Below, piece by piece: positions 29,244-39,803 of a stretch of DNA of 39,803 nt; the first letter of the stretch is position 1, and every line of letters starts with the position of its first letter. The DNA lies in NCBI GenBank assembly GCA_964437055.1, contig CAYTFB010000002.1, positions 1 through 39,803 on the forward strand, given 5' to 3'. The notes under the pieces were generated by a model, which was given only the letters and a program-made list of their open reading frames with translations, had not been told where the DNA came from and made no database searches. Position numbers and translations under genes: made by a program. This DNA comes from an uncultured Candidatus Peribacteria bacterium. GTDB lineage: Bacteria; Patescibacteriota; Gracilibacteria; Absconditabacterales; Absconditicoccaceae.

Positions 29244-30884
29244 TTGGTATTTATGTATTCAGGATTATTTATCTTTTTTCTGGGATATTATTGGGAGATG
29301 TCAGGTTCACATAAACTGGTAATCAAAGATGCTTTGTGGCAATTATTTGGGAGAGTGCTGAGTGCACTCTTTGGTTTTGTAATTACCAAAATTATTTCCT
29401 CCTACCTTGGACCGTTGAGATATGGAGACTATGGAACGATTCTGAGATATTTTGCTTGGTGGACAGCTTTGGTGGATTTTGGAGTTTATGTGATTGCATT
29501 AAAGCAACTAGGACTGATCAAAAATAAAGACAAAAGTCTGAGTGAAAATCCAGAAAATGCCAACCTACAACCAGCAATCAAATCTGAGTTACAATCAGAA
29601 TATTCCAAATTTTTGGGGATGAGAGTCTTTATGATCATGATCATTTATACTTTAGCGATCGTAGTAGCTTATTTGATCCCAGCATATACTGACAATCTTT
29701 TTATCATTTGGGGATTGCCACTAGGGATGCTCTACTCTGCTAGTAATATGTTTGTAGGAGTGCAGCAGTTACCGCTTCAATTATTTTGGAAGATGAAAAG
29801 ACTGAGTCGATCTTTGATTGTAGCAAGGTTTTCTCAGCTGGCAGTCTTACTTCCAGTGGTGTATCTGTTATTTAAAAATATTGAGTTTTCTGCTGCTGAG
29901 CCAACGAAGATAGCTATCTTGGCCTTTGTTTTGGTATTTTTCTCTGTAGTAGCAAGTTCAATCGGACAAAATATTGAGATTAATCTCAGGACAAGGGATT
30001 TGCTCAAACTCAAAATCAATATCAATTTCTCTTTTATTAAAAAAATTCTTCAAGGTAACTGGAAATACGGTTTTTCTTATTTTTTTAGTAGTTTTCATAC
30101 CTTGATTGTTTTGATGTTTTTGGGATGGTTTTTCCCAACAGCAGAGGGCTTTGTTTTTGCAGGAATCTGGGCTTTAGCGCTTTCTCTAGTAGAAATATTA
30201 TTGATTATCCCTTCCTCACTAGGAAATAGTCTCTTACACAAAATACCTGCTTATTCGATCGAAGAAAAAAGAAAATCTTTTGGGAGTCTTTTGACAATTA
30301 TCATCTGGATTGGAGCATTGATTGCTCTAAATTTTTGGATTTTTGCTGATGCAATCATCCCTATTGTTTCTAGTAAGGCCTTTCTTGGTTCTCGAGCAAA
30401 TACAGAACTACGAGGATCCAATCAGGTTCTAGTTTTTCTAGGAATTGTACTTTTACTTAGTTTTATCAAGCAGGTTTATAATTATCTTTTTGTGGCAATT
30501 GAAAAACAGAATGTCTTATTTTGGAATAATTTGATTGGGGTAGTGATTGGAGTAGCGGTAGGAGTTCCTCTGGTTGCTCGTTATGCATTATTGGGAGGAG
30601 TGATTACACAAATTATGATTGAATTGCTTTTTACCTTTGGAGCGATCGGTATTGCGGCTCATTATCGTAGTAGCCCACTTTTTTCAAAAACAACACTAGT
30701 CCAATTGCCTTTGATTCTGATCTTTTCATTATTTTTAGCGTTGCTTTTTTACCATTATCCTTTAGCATTAAATATCCATTTCTTCTGGAATTTTTTGATC
30801 CAAGCAGTAGTATTTAATATCATAGTTTTATCACTATCATTACCATTGCTCAAAAAAAGTGCCAAAGGTCTGACTTTTGACTAA
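29244..30884 (+). CDS. MOP-superfamily flippase (Wzx/MurJ-like polysaccharide or lipid-linked oligosaccharide transporter)
   Basis: Intact 546-aa polytopic ORF with no in-frame TGA. The N-terminal region ..LVIKDALWQLFGRVLSALFGFVITKIISSYLGPLRYGDYG.. is typical of this family. The true start may be an internal Met. Confidence 0.75.
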   Translation: MVFMYSGLFIFFLGYYWEMSGSHKLVIKDALWQLFGRVLSALFGFVITKIISSYLGPLRYGDYGTILRYFAWWTALVDFGVYVIALKQLGLIKNKDKSLSENPENANLQPAIKSELQSEYSKFLGMRVFMIMIIYTLAIVVAYLIPAYTDNLFIIWGLPLGMLYSASNMFVGVQQLPLQLFWKMKRLSRSLIVARFSQLAVLLPVVYLLFKNIEFSAAEPTKIAILAFVLVFFSVVASSIGQNIEINLRTRDLLKLKININFSFIKKILQGNWKYGFSYFFSSFHTLIVLMFLGWFFPTAEGFVFAGIWALALSLVEILLIIPSSLGNSLLHKIPAYSIEEKRKSFGSLLTIIIWIGALIALNFWIFADAIIPIVSSKAFLGSRANTELRGSNQVLVFLGIVLLLSFIKQVYNYLFVAIEKQNVLFWNNLIGVVIGVAVGVPLVARYALLGGVITQIMIELLFTFGAIGIAAHYRSSPLFSKTTLVQLPLILIFSLFLALLFYHYPLALNIHFFWNFLIQAVVFNIIVLSLSLPLLKKSAKGLTFD

Positions 30885-30903
30885 TTTAGCTCTCAGAGAT
30901 AGG

Positions 30904-31779
30904 ATGTTTAAAAGTATTTTTCGTGAAACGATTGCAGTACTGCTAAAATACCCCAAAATCTTGAGGTTATGAGCTTTTGGGCTAATTTCTTTTTCCTTGG
31001 TGCGTATTTATTTAGTGGTTTATTATATCAACAATCTTTTGCTCCAAAAATATGAATCAGGTCTAGATATCTCAGATGCTTTACTCTATTTGATTGAATC
31101 TATTGGACTAGGGAAACAACTAATTTTTGTGATCATTCTTATATTATTGGTGGTTGTTGGTTATCTCCGACTTTATCCTATCGGGCAATCAGGGATAGTT
31201 TTTGCCTTAGAAAAAAAAGAAAAATCTGCATTTTCTTCTTTTGTAAAAGGTGGTTCAAGGTTTTTTCCAATGCTGGAGTATAATGGACTTTCTATTTCAT
31301 TTGGAATTTTTGTTTTTCTAACGGTACTTCTGAGACTCTTTATCATGGATATTTTATGAAATGGTTTGATTCTCGTTTTGATTAGTATCTGGTGATTGGT
31401 CGTATTTTTTGCGTTATTTTTTTGGCCTTATGCGAGGATTTTGATTGTATTGGAGGGAATTGCAGTCTTTGATGCGATCAAAAGGAGTGTGGCATTAACC
31501 TTTGCAAATCTTGCTCTAACTTTTCAGTTAGTGATCTTTGAGGTAATTTTACTTTTGAGGTTTGTCATCAATGCACTACTAGTAATTGGGGTGCCTTTAT
31601 TATTTATTTATTTGGCTTTTGCACTCAATATTATTCAATACTCAATCGTAGAAATCATTATTTGGGTTATTACAATTGTATTGGTTCTTTTCTTAGCTTA
31701 TATTAATTCCTTGATAGAAACCTTCTTTTTGACTTATTGGTATACCGCTTATCAAAAAATTATTAATTCAGAGGAATAA
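30904..31779 (+). CDS. Polytopic membrane protein, function unknown (about 291 aa)
   Basis: Starts MFKSIFRETIAVLLKYPKILRLgAFGLISF... It joins ORFs 30997..31359 and 31396..31779 (offsets 93 and 492 nt) through TGA. Confidence 0.7.
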
Positions 31780-31858
31780 TTTTTATTGTATAAATTCTAA
31801 CTTATCCAGGTAGAATTAGCTGGATGGAAATGAAAAAATGCTAGGAATGATAGTTTCC

Positions 31859-32668
31859 TTATTTTTTAAGGAAATGGTAGAATTGATAAAAATTATACTC
31901 TATCTGTTGCCAGAGGATTTGAGGATCTAGATTTAAAAAATCTGCAACAAAAAGTCAGATTTCTTTGAGTTTTCTTGGAGCATTTAGGGTGCCACGGGAA
32001 GATTGAGGAGAGAGATAGGGCGCGTCAGTTTCCAGAAATAATTGCTCAAGAGGGGTAATTCCCAAGGATGCTCTCAGTTGGTGTGCATTGGGGTAGCTGA
32101 TATTTCCGGTATAACCGATATAGAGATCAGAGAAAGTGCCTTGTAATATTTTAAGTTCTTCTGGGCCATATCCTCGACAGTGAAAGTAGATTGTGAGATC
32201 AGAATACTTTTTGAGTATTTGAAAAGTCGTATCAAAAGCATCTCTAGAGTGGATCACGATAGGTAATTGTAGTTTCCTAGCTAACTGACATTGGAGATCA
32301 AAAATTTCTTTTTGGAAAGTAATCTGTTCTGCATTGATTGGGTAGTGAAAATCTATTCCGATTTCTCCGATTGCAAGGACTTCGCTAGGATGTGCTAGAT
32401 ATAATGATTCGATCTCAGTAAGGGCTTGTTGGGGAGAGGCTTTAAGGGAATCTAGATCTCAAGGATGGAGACCAATAGCACTAGCGATTTTTAGTTCAGG
32501 AAAGTTATCTTTAGCTTGCTGTGTGATCTGGATTGCGCGTAAATTGTAAACCTGATTGGCTCCGATATTGATCAAGCCTTGACCTCAATTTTGGATAAAG
32601 TCAGAGAGATGCTGCTTTCGATCCGGAAATAGCTGTTCTGAGTTGAGGTGAGTATGGGCATCAAACAT
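31859..32668 (-). CDS. tatD: TatD-family metal-dependent hydrolase/DNase
   Basis: Starts MFDAHTHLNSEQ..NgGQGLINIGAN..AIGLHPg..AIGEIGIDFHY..LQLPIVIHSRDA..ETDAPYLSPQ... It extends ORF 31955..32257(-) in both directions. Stop is TAA at 31859. Confidence 0.9.
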
Positions 32669-32874
32669 TGGATAGAATTTTGTGAGTTAAAAGTATTGAC
32701 TTTTGGGTGGATGGAAATTTGGATTTCTTGTCTTTTTTGTTGAGAAAAAATGAGTATAGTGATTTGCTAAAATGATACAATCAAGACTCCAATAAAATCG
32801 GTTTGATTTTATCGAGCTAAAGGTTATATAAGAGCTGAATGTAAAGTCTGATTTATTTTTTTGTTTCTTTGGAG

Positions 32875-33273
32875 ATGCAGTATCGATATCTAATTTTGTG
32901 AGCAGTAGCGGGAGGAGCTTTGGCCTATGTGGTATATTATCTCCAGTATCAGCATAGAGATGTAGTCTGAGAGTTGAGAAAAAATCTCAAAGATGCAAAT
33001 GATCAGATCCTCTATCTCCAGGAAGAATTGGATGAATTGTCGGCTCAGAATGATCTTTTTAGAGACAAATCTAGTGAACTTCTCAAGAGAAATGATGAAC
33101 TTTCTGATGTCGTGGCAGAGTTAGGAAAGTATTATGTCCATATCAAAAAAGCTGCAGAAAAGACTAGTGAGCTTTCCAAATTTCTTCATGATCCTAATCC
33201 AGAAATCGAAGATAAACTTTCTTATTATAGTAAGTTTAATAGCAAAGAAGAAGAAAAAAAATCTTTCTTTTAA
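32875..33273 (+). CDS. Small TM plus coiled-coil protein (FtsB/DivIC-like architecture, inferred only)
   Basis: Starts MQYRYLILgAVAGGALAYVVYYLQYQ.., followed by ORF 32974..33273 (offset 99 nt), which shows a heptad-like pattern (..ILYLQEELDELSAQNDLFRDKSSELLKRNDELS..). GGAG lies immediately upstream of the ATG. Confidence 0.65.
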
Positions 33274-33327
33274 GATAATTTTTGTTTTTTTTCTTTTTAT
33301 AAAAAAATAGCTTTTCCCTTGCAAATT

Positions 33328-33343
33328 GTAGGAATATTCCTAC
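33328..33343. promoter_or_regulatory. Perfect 16-bp palindrome GTAGGAATATTCCTAC between the coiled-coil gene and rel
   Basis: Read directly from the sequence. TTGCAA lies just upstream (33319-33324) and TTTT just downstream. It could be an operator or a weak terminator hairpin. Confidence 0.4.
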
Positions 33344-33386
33344 TTTTGAGATACTATTTCATTTTAGGTCCAATTACCTCCAAAAA

Positions 33387-35621
33387 ATGGATATCTCAGA
33401 AATATGAAATTTTTTTGACTATCAGTTGGTCTTTGATGAAGATCCAGATTTTTTGATTAAAGATATTGTAGAAAAAGCCTCAGAATATCTAGAGCCAGTA
33501 CATATTGAAGGAATTTATCAAGCGTACGAATTTACCAAACAGGCCCATGCAGGAGTCAAAAGGCTTTCTGGAGAACCTTATATCGTCCATCCCTTGAGAG
33601 CCACTCAGTTTCTCATGCAGATTAAACCAGATATGGAATCAATTCAGGCTTGTTTGATGCATGATATCATCGAAGATACTGAAATTACTCGTGAAGAAAT
33701 TGCCAAAGAGTTTTCTCCTCAGGTTGCGGAGATTTGTGAAGGTTTGGTTAAAGTCTCCAAAGTAAGATATAAGGGAGAAGATAGGCATCTAGAGACGATT
33801 AAAAAAACTTTTTTGGCTATGGCCAAGGATTTGAGGGTGATTTTCATTAAATTGGCAGATCGTATCCACAATATTCAGACTTTACAGTTTCATCCTGAAG
33901 AGTCCAAGAGGAAAAAAATTGCAGAAGAGACGATCAAAATCTATGCTCCAGTAGCCAAAAGACTTGGACTTTACCAGTATCAACTCTATCTTGAAAATGG
34001 TTCTTTTGCAATTTTATATCCAGAAGAGTTTGAGAGAATTCTGGCTTATCTAAGAAAATATTTTCGTGAAGGGGAAAAGTATACTGAGAAAGGAGTTAAA
34101 ATGATTTCTATGATGCTAGAAAATGAGGGAATTACAGATTTTGAGGTAAAAGGAAGGATTAAAAGCCCCTACAGAATCTTTGAAAAACTGAGCAAAAAGT
34201 ATCATGAAACAGATATTTCTTCCGTGATGGATTTGCTGGCATTTAGAGTGATTACGAGCAATGTCGGAGATTGTTATATGGTTTTGGGGATTATCCACAA
34301 ATATTATACTCCTTTGATCAAAAAAATTAAAGACTATATTGCTGTGCCAAAGTTTAATGGTTACAAGAGTATTCATACTACAGTTTTAGGAATGTTTCGT
34401 TTCCCAGTTGAGATCCAGATTAGAACTCAAGATATGGATGAGGTAGCTGAGTATGGGGTAGCAGCTCATTTTGCCTATGCAGAAAAAAATCAAGCAACCA
34501 TGGTTTCAGAAAATCAAGGAATTTGGATCCAAAAATTACAAAAGATTGTGGCTGATTATACCGATACTGATCAAAAAGAAAAATTTAAATCTGAACTCAA
34601 TATTGAGATTCTAGATAAATCTATTTTTGTTTATACCCCGAGAGGAGATATCAAGGAATTGCCCATTGGTTCATCAGTGTTAGATTTCGCTTTTAGTGTG
34701 CATAGTGAGATTGGTCTAAAATTCAAAAATGCGATAGTAAATGGTCAAATCAAGCCCATTACTTATATCCTCAAAACTTGAGATATTATTAATATCAATA
34801 CCTTCAAAAATAAATATGTTGCCAATAAACACTGGTTAGATTTTTTACGTACTCCCTCTGCAAAAAATCAGTTATCCAAATATCTCAAAAATATTGAAAG
34901 AGATTTGCGTTTAGAAGAAATTATTGAACAACTTAATATTTATCTAAAAGATCTTGGACTTCCTCTTTTTCGCTCAGATAAAGATACAATCCATAAATTG
35001 TGAGATGCTTTAGAGGTTGAAAAAAGACTTTTAGGAATTTTAGATAAACAAGAAACTTTTGGGAGTTTAGTGAGGGAGGCATATCCTGATTTACTAAAAA
35101 ATGTACTAGAAAAATCTATTATCAAGGATGTTGGTGATCAGACAGAAAGTTTAAAACAAGAACTTAATCCTTTAGAGATCAAAGAAAGAGTGATTGTTGA
35201 TGGAAATAACTATCTCTCTTATACCCTTTGTCCTGAATGTAAACCAACTCCTCAGGATAAAATTATTGCAAAATCTTCCAAAAATGGGATCAAAATTCAT
35301 GATTTAGAGTGCTCGGGATTGAGAACGATTGCTTTTGATTCTCTGCTAGAAGCTCATTGGGAAACTCAAGAAGCATTTGTGTATCATTTACAGCTAAAAA
35401 TACAGCTTAAATCCGATGAATTAACAATCTTAGATGTTATTCAGACTTTTGCTCAGTTTAATATTCCTTTGTTAGAGATGTCGGTAAATAGCCATCAGAA
35501 CAAACTTTTGGTAGTAGATTTTACACTCAAATTTCAAAATCCAGCAAAAGTGAGTTTCCTTTTGAAAGACTTGAAAAAATATGGGACATCTTTATCTTTG
35601 ATTAGTAAAAGATTGTTTTAA
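33387..35621 (+). CDS. rel: Bifunctional (p)ppGpp synthetase/hydrolase, long RSH (Rel/SpoT)
   Basis: Joins ORFs 33426..34781 and 35070..35621 (offsets 39 and 1683 nt) through TGA. It has an HD hydrolase motif (..CLMHDIIEDT..), a synthetase region (..YRIFEKL..GYKSIHTTV..EIQIRTQDMDEVAEYGVAAH..), a TGS region, a Cys-containing zinc-finger-like region and an ACT-like C-terminus. Confidence 0.92.
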
Positions 35622-35636
35622 TCTTTATATTTTTGT

Positions 35637-36110
35637 TTGATGATTGAAGCTATAAATTCATCTAGTGCTGTTGCTTTTGATACCCCACGAAAACTTATTG
35701 TTTATGGTATAAAGTATGGAGAACCGACAATTTTGTCTGTATTATTGCTTTTATTATTTCTTTGGATTTTAATTATCTTTTGGGTACTTAGAGATAGTAA
35801 TTCAAGGACTAATAGTATGGGATTTCAGATTTTTTCACTTATATTAGTGCTTTTTTTTACTCCAATTTTAGGGTTGCCTCTCTATTTGGTATTGAGACCA
35901 AAGCATTATTTACAAGATCAAATCCCTTGGAGGGAAGCCATTCTTTCCTCATTTTTGGAATGTTCAAATTGTAAAGCATTGAATCATCCTGATCACAATG
36001 TTTGTGTTTCTTGTGGAGAATCTCTCAAAATTAGCTGTAAAGAATGTCAAAAAAAATATCATTATTTCTATCATTATTGCCCTGATTGTTGAGCTCCAAA
36101 TATTGATTAG
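35637..36110 (+). CDS. Membrane protein with a PLDc_N-like TM hairpin and a C-terminal double zinc ribbon
   Basis: Reads ..LLLLLFLWILIIFWVLRDSNSR..FFTPILGLPLYLVLRPK.., followed by CSNC..CVSC..CKEC..CPDCg. It extends ORF 35637..36092 through a TGA to TAG at 36108. Confidence 0.7.
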
Positions 36111-36135
36111 TTTTAGCTTTCACTTGCTAATTTAA

Positions 36136-37305
36136 ATGTTAATAATTTTTGTTTTTTGAGTGGTTTTGTTGGTGATAGCCTTATTGTTTGCTATGTTTTC
36201 CTCATTTATGCCTTTTATGGAAAAGTTTGGAGATGCTGTGGAGTACAATACAGCATATTATGGAGCACTTTCTGCAGTAGAGAGAGGAGCTTTGGTTTTA
36301 AGATATAGAGGCCCTGGTTTTGATGGAGAATCGGGATGGATTTATTCAGGAACCAATATTAATACAGGAAATCAGGCAGATGAATATTTGCCAGAATTCT
36401 ATACTTATGGAGCAGGTGCTACGGATATGTATCGAAAAATTCGTTCTCGTACCACAGAAATACCATTTGTTGGTGAAGGAAATGTAGAAAAAATATTTAT
36501 CAACCCTTTGAGTGAAGATAGTTTGACGAGTCGTGATTATAATGCTTTAGATTATGGTATTTCAGAAATTATTCCTTTAGGAGTTGACATTGACGCTACT
36601 ACTACTTGAGCTTATTATTCAGGTTGAAATAAAAATTTTAAAGCAAACTGATTTAATTTATCAGGAAGTTTTAGATTGAATCCTTTTTTGGTAAGTAATT
36701 TTATTGAAAAGCAAGGTTTGCTATCTAAAGCAGAGTTATGTATCAATGATTTGGAGGGTTGTAATTATGATGCTAGAGGATTATCTGATTTGCCAGTTGT
36801 TTCTTGGAGTCTGAAGGGTGAATACGATGGAGCACAATTTACACTCTTACCGAAAGAAGCGGTGATTTTTGGAACAACTCAAACTCCATTAGTTTTATCT
36901 TCAGATACTCTTCTCAGAAAAAGCAGAATAAATGAACAAAATAATTTTATTTTAGGAGATAACTCTAATCCTTTTGATATAACTTCTCCAAATCCTCCTT
37001 TAAATATTGTTTCTGAAAGAGAACAAGATATGCTAGATAGTGGTATAGAAACCTATCAAAATATTTTTTCTCATCCTAGTACTCAAAATGGAGTACTCAA
37101 TCTTTCTTTAGTTAATTTTTTGATTAGTAATATGGGAGGGGTATATCCTTTCTTGGAGTATCAGTTTACCTCAGATGCTCCTATTTCAGATCGTTTTTTT
37201 AGATTAGATGGACATGGAAAGGTTGGAGCTTATGATGTGTTGATTCGTGTATATAAACCGACTTTAGAACAACCTTCCGTAGGAAGTTTTACAATTATTT
37301 TTTAG
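36136..37305 (+). CDS. Orphan membrane-anchored protein (about 389 aa)
   Basis: Starts MLIIFVFgVVLLVIALLFAMFSSF... It joins ORFs 36160..36609 and 36676..37305 (offsets 24 and 540 nt) through TGA. I recognise no family. Confidence 0.65.
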
Positions 37306-37325
37306 TTTAAGTTTTAGATTTTATT

Positions 37326-38561
37326 ATGAGACGTGAGTTAGTTCAGGTTTTTGCTTTGGCGGGATTTTGAATTTTGACTTCTATTTTTACACTTTATATT
37401 TCCTTTGGATCTTTAGAAAAGGAAACTACAGATAGCGTTGTTATAGATGATTCTAGACTTTACTCGGGGACTTCAAGTGAGGATTTATGAGCAAAAGATT
37501 TTTCCTCAGATGAGCTTTTTTTGTCAATCCCTGATAATTTATGGAATAGTGGATTCCAGAATTTTCTCCTTAATTTTCAGGAAAATTATTGAGCAAAAGT
37601 TACTTTAGATTTTTACTGAGAAAATGTATCTTCTGCTCACTCTTTTTCTGGAATAGATGTTGCTTTAGTTGCTTATGAAATGCTTGATAGTTTGATAACA
37701 GAAGAGGTACATTTCCAAGAAAATCTCTCAGCATTATTTCATCCAGCACTTAATGCAATTTTTGAACAAAGAGCAGACTTTTTGCCTTATGCTTTAGATC
37801 CTTTACTAACCTTTTCTTTTCAAAAGTTAGACTTCCCTTTTAGGTTATCGGAGTTTTCCAACTATCTTGCTTCTTGGAAAAAAAAGCATAGATTTGCAAT
37901 TCCTTTTCTTTGATTTTTAAAAAAGGATGGGCTAGAAAAAAATAATCAGATTTTTGCTTTTTGGATAGATCGTTTATTACAGGTAAATGATATTTCTGGC
38001 TTTAAAATCTTTGTAGAAAATTATGCTCAAACTTTGGATGAAACTGAGTTTAGTTTGAGTTTTTTAGAAAAGTCAGAAATCTGATCTACTTGCCTTCAAA
38101 ATCAAGCTCTCTGTTTGTTTGTACAAGGAATTGTTGATCTCTATTTTGGTACTTTTTCAGATCGAAAAACTCTTGAGCTTTTGATGAAAGATTTGGATAG
38201 TACTCAGCGTAAGCTAGAGATTACAAGTTTCCCTTATCAAGTATTTGGATATCCTACTAAGCTTTATGGATTAGTGGTATTGTCTGGACAAAGTTCTCCT
38301 TTGACGGATCAGTTTCTTTTAGACTATTTGCAGTTAATGTTTCAGGATGATTTGAGTCTCCGAGAAAATTCTTTTTCTGCATTCAAAGACCTTTATGATC
38401 AGCAGTGCCAAGAGTCAGTTTTTTGTAAGCTTTTTACTCAGCTAGATCTTCTAGATCTATGAAATCAAAGAGTGAATGAGGTTTTATCTGATCCTTTCTT
38501 GATCAATATTTTACAGAAAAAACTTGACCCAAGCTTGTTTTTTAAAAATACATCCTTATAA
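37326..38561 (+). CDS. Orphan membrane-anchored protein (about 411 aa)
   Basis: Starts MRRELVQVFALAGFgILTSIFTLYISF... It joins ORFs 37680..37913 and 38115..38462 (offsets 354 and 789 nt). Stop is TAA at 38559. It shows only a faint solute-binding-protein-like pattern (..DFLPYALDPLLTFSFQKL..), which is not enough for a call. Confidence 0.6.
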
Positions 38562-38595
38562 TATTCGTTGCTTTTTATTTTTTTCTCTCATTAAC

Positions 38596-38883
38596 ATGCT
38601 TGGACAGTTTTTAGAGTTTTTGGCAGAGTACAATGTGATTGGAATGGCAATCGGTTTGCTCATTGCAGCAAAAGTAGGTGAATTGGTTAAAGGGATTGTT
38701 GAGGATTTGATCACTCCTTTGATTTTTACTCGTCTTTTCAAAAAACTTAAAATTGAAAAACTAGAAGATCTTTCACGAGGTGGAGTGCTTTATGGAAAAG
38801 TATTGGCTAGATTGATTGATTTTTTTATCGTAGCTTTTTTTGTGTTTTTGGTGATCAAATATATGGGAGTAAGTAAAGCTTAG
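38596..38883 (+). CDS. mscL: Large-conductance mechanosensitive channel MscL, short form (95 aa)
   Basis: Starts MLGQFLEFLAEYNVIGMAIGLLIAAKVGELVKGIVEDLITPLI... This is an internal ATG of ORF 38524..38883 (offset 72 nt). The protein ends right after the second TM helix. Confidence 0.85.
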   Translation: MLGQFLEFLAEYNVIGMAIGLLIAAKVGELVKGIVEDLITPLIFTRLFKKLKIEKLEDLSRGGVLYGKVLARLIDFFIVAFFVFLVIKYMGVSKA

Positions 38884-38972
38884 ATTTTGTTTAGAGATTT
38901 TAGAAATAGTAAAAATCTGATTTTTACTTTAGTGTTTTGAGTACTTTTTTTTATTTTATAGTATTATTTGTG

Positions 38973-39353
38973 ATGTTTGATAAAATGTGAGAATTGAAGA
39001 AAATGTATGACAAGTACAAAGTCCTTCAAAAAAGTTTACAAAAACTCGTGATTAGAGCGAAAGAGTGAGAATATGTAGATGAACATTGAGAAACTACTCC
39101 TCGTGTGGTGATCGATATTACTGGAGAGATGAAGATCAGAGCTTTGAATATCAATGATGAATCGCTTTTGAGTCCTCAGCAAAAAGGTGAATTAGAGTCT
39201 ATTTTGATCGAAGCTTTTCAAAAAGCTCAAAATAAAGCTCAAGAAGTAGCTGCAGAAAAGACCAAAGAAATCCTCTGATTTGACCCTAGCAATCTAGGAT
39301 CGCTCTTTGGAGGAGGAATGGGTGGAGGGATGCCAAGTATTCCTGGGCTATAA
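38973..39353 (+). CDS. ybaB: YbaB/EbfC-family nucleoid-associated protein
   Basis: Starts MFDKMgELKKMYDKYKVLQKSLQKL..VVIDITGEMKIRALNINDESLL..LESILIEAFQKAQNKAQ.. and ends in a Gly-rich tail. Four in-frame TGA, stop TAA at 39351. Confidence 0.75.
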
Positions 39354-39374
39354 GATTTTTTGTTGATGGTGTTT

Positions 39375-39400
39375 GGGGAGAGTTTTCTCCCGCTCTTTTT
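39375..39400 (+). terminator. Hairpin plus T tract after ybaB
   Basis: GGGAGA (39376-39381) pairs with TCTCCC (39386-39391) across loop GTTT, followed by GCTCTTTTT. Confidence 0.45.
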
Positions 39401-39421
39401 GTATATTTTTTGCTGCTTTTT

Positions 39422-39803
39422 ATGTATAAAAGGTTTTCTCTATCTGATCTTGGACAAATTCAAAATAATTTGATTCCTCATTTTTATGATCTTCTCAAAA
39501 AAGAGAGATTACAATCAGCAAATGAGTTTTTTAAGATTGCATTCAAGGAGGGAAATCATCTTTATTATTTCAATAGAGGAGATATTGCATTTAGGGTTTC
39601 TTATGATCCTGAGTGAGATCTCTTATTTCTTCATGATGAGATAGATAAAATTGAGATTGTTCTACCTTTTGCAGAAAGAGCGAAAATCCAAAATTTACTA
39701 AAAAATTATATTGTCAAAAAAGAAAGACAATTAGGTCAAAAAACAATTGAAGAGATTTTGATGGAAGAGTTTAAAGCAGGAGCTTATACTCAGATTTTGG
39801 GAA
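39422..39803 (+). CDS. Orphan protein, 5' part only (runs off the window)
   Basis: Starts MYKRFSLSDLGQIQNNLIPHFYDLLKKE... ORF 39410..39616 continues through a TGA (..SYDPEgDLLFLHDEIDK..) to the window end. Confidence 0.55.

Overview
This is an AT-rich 39.8-kb bacterial window that is only coherent under translation table 25 (UGA = Gly). That points to a Gracilibacteria / Absconditabacteria (SR1)-type CPR genome. The supplied standard-code ORF track is therefore heavily fragmented. I re-joined fragments by hand and checked that the pieces share a frame (coordinate offsets divisible by 3) and read through TGA to a TAA/TAG stop. Content in order:
- 1-430: a GC-rich repeat and hairpin block.
- 550-848: tRNA-Phe, tRNA-Ile and tRNA-Pro.
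- 1.1-13.2 kb: tuf plus the S10-spc ribosomal protein cluster through secY. There is no L30 gene, and the cluster stops abruptly after secY.
- 13.4-20.5 kb: a 7-kb island of four large orphan exported proteins with several Cys each. This is the best candidate for something undescribed.
- 20.6-24.0 kb: frr, yidC, a small basic orphan protein and an archaeal-type AMP phosphorylase.
- 24.08-24.64 kb: a 0.56-kb non-coding gap with repeated motifs.
- 24.6-27.7 kb: a membrane-anchored HExxH peptidase and a DnaQ-exonuclease/DinG-like fusion.
- 27.9-32.7 kb: a membrane-anchored SlyD-like FKBP, membrane proteins, a MOP-family flippase and TatD.
- 32.9-38.6 kb: a TM/coiled-coil protein, a long RSH (Rel), a PLDc_N/zinc-ribbon protein and two more orphan anchored proteins.
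- 38.6-39.8 kb: a minimal MscL, YbaB and a partial orphan gene.
I saw no rRNA, CRISPR array, transposase or integrase. All coordinates and translations were derived by hand, so start codons and hairpin limits are approximate.
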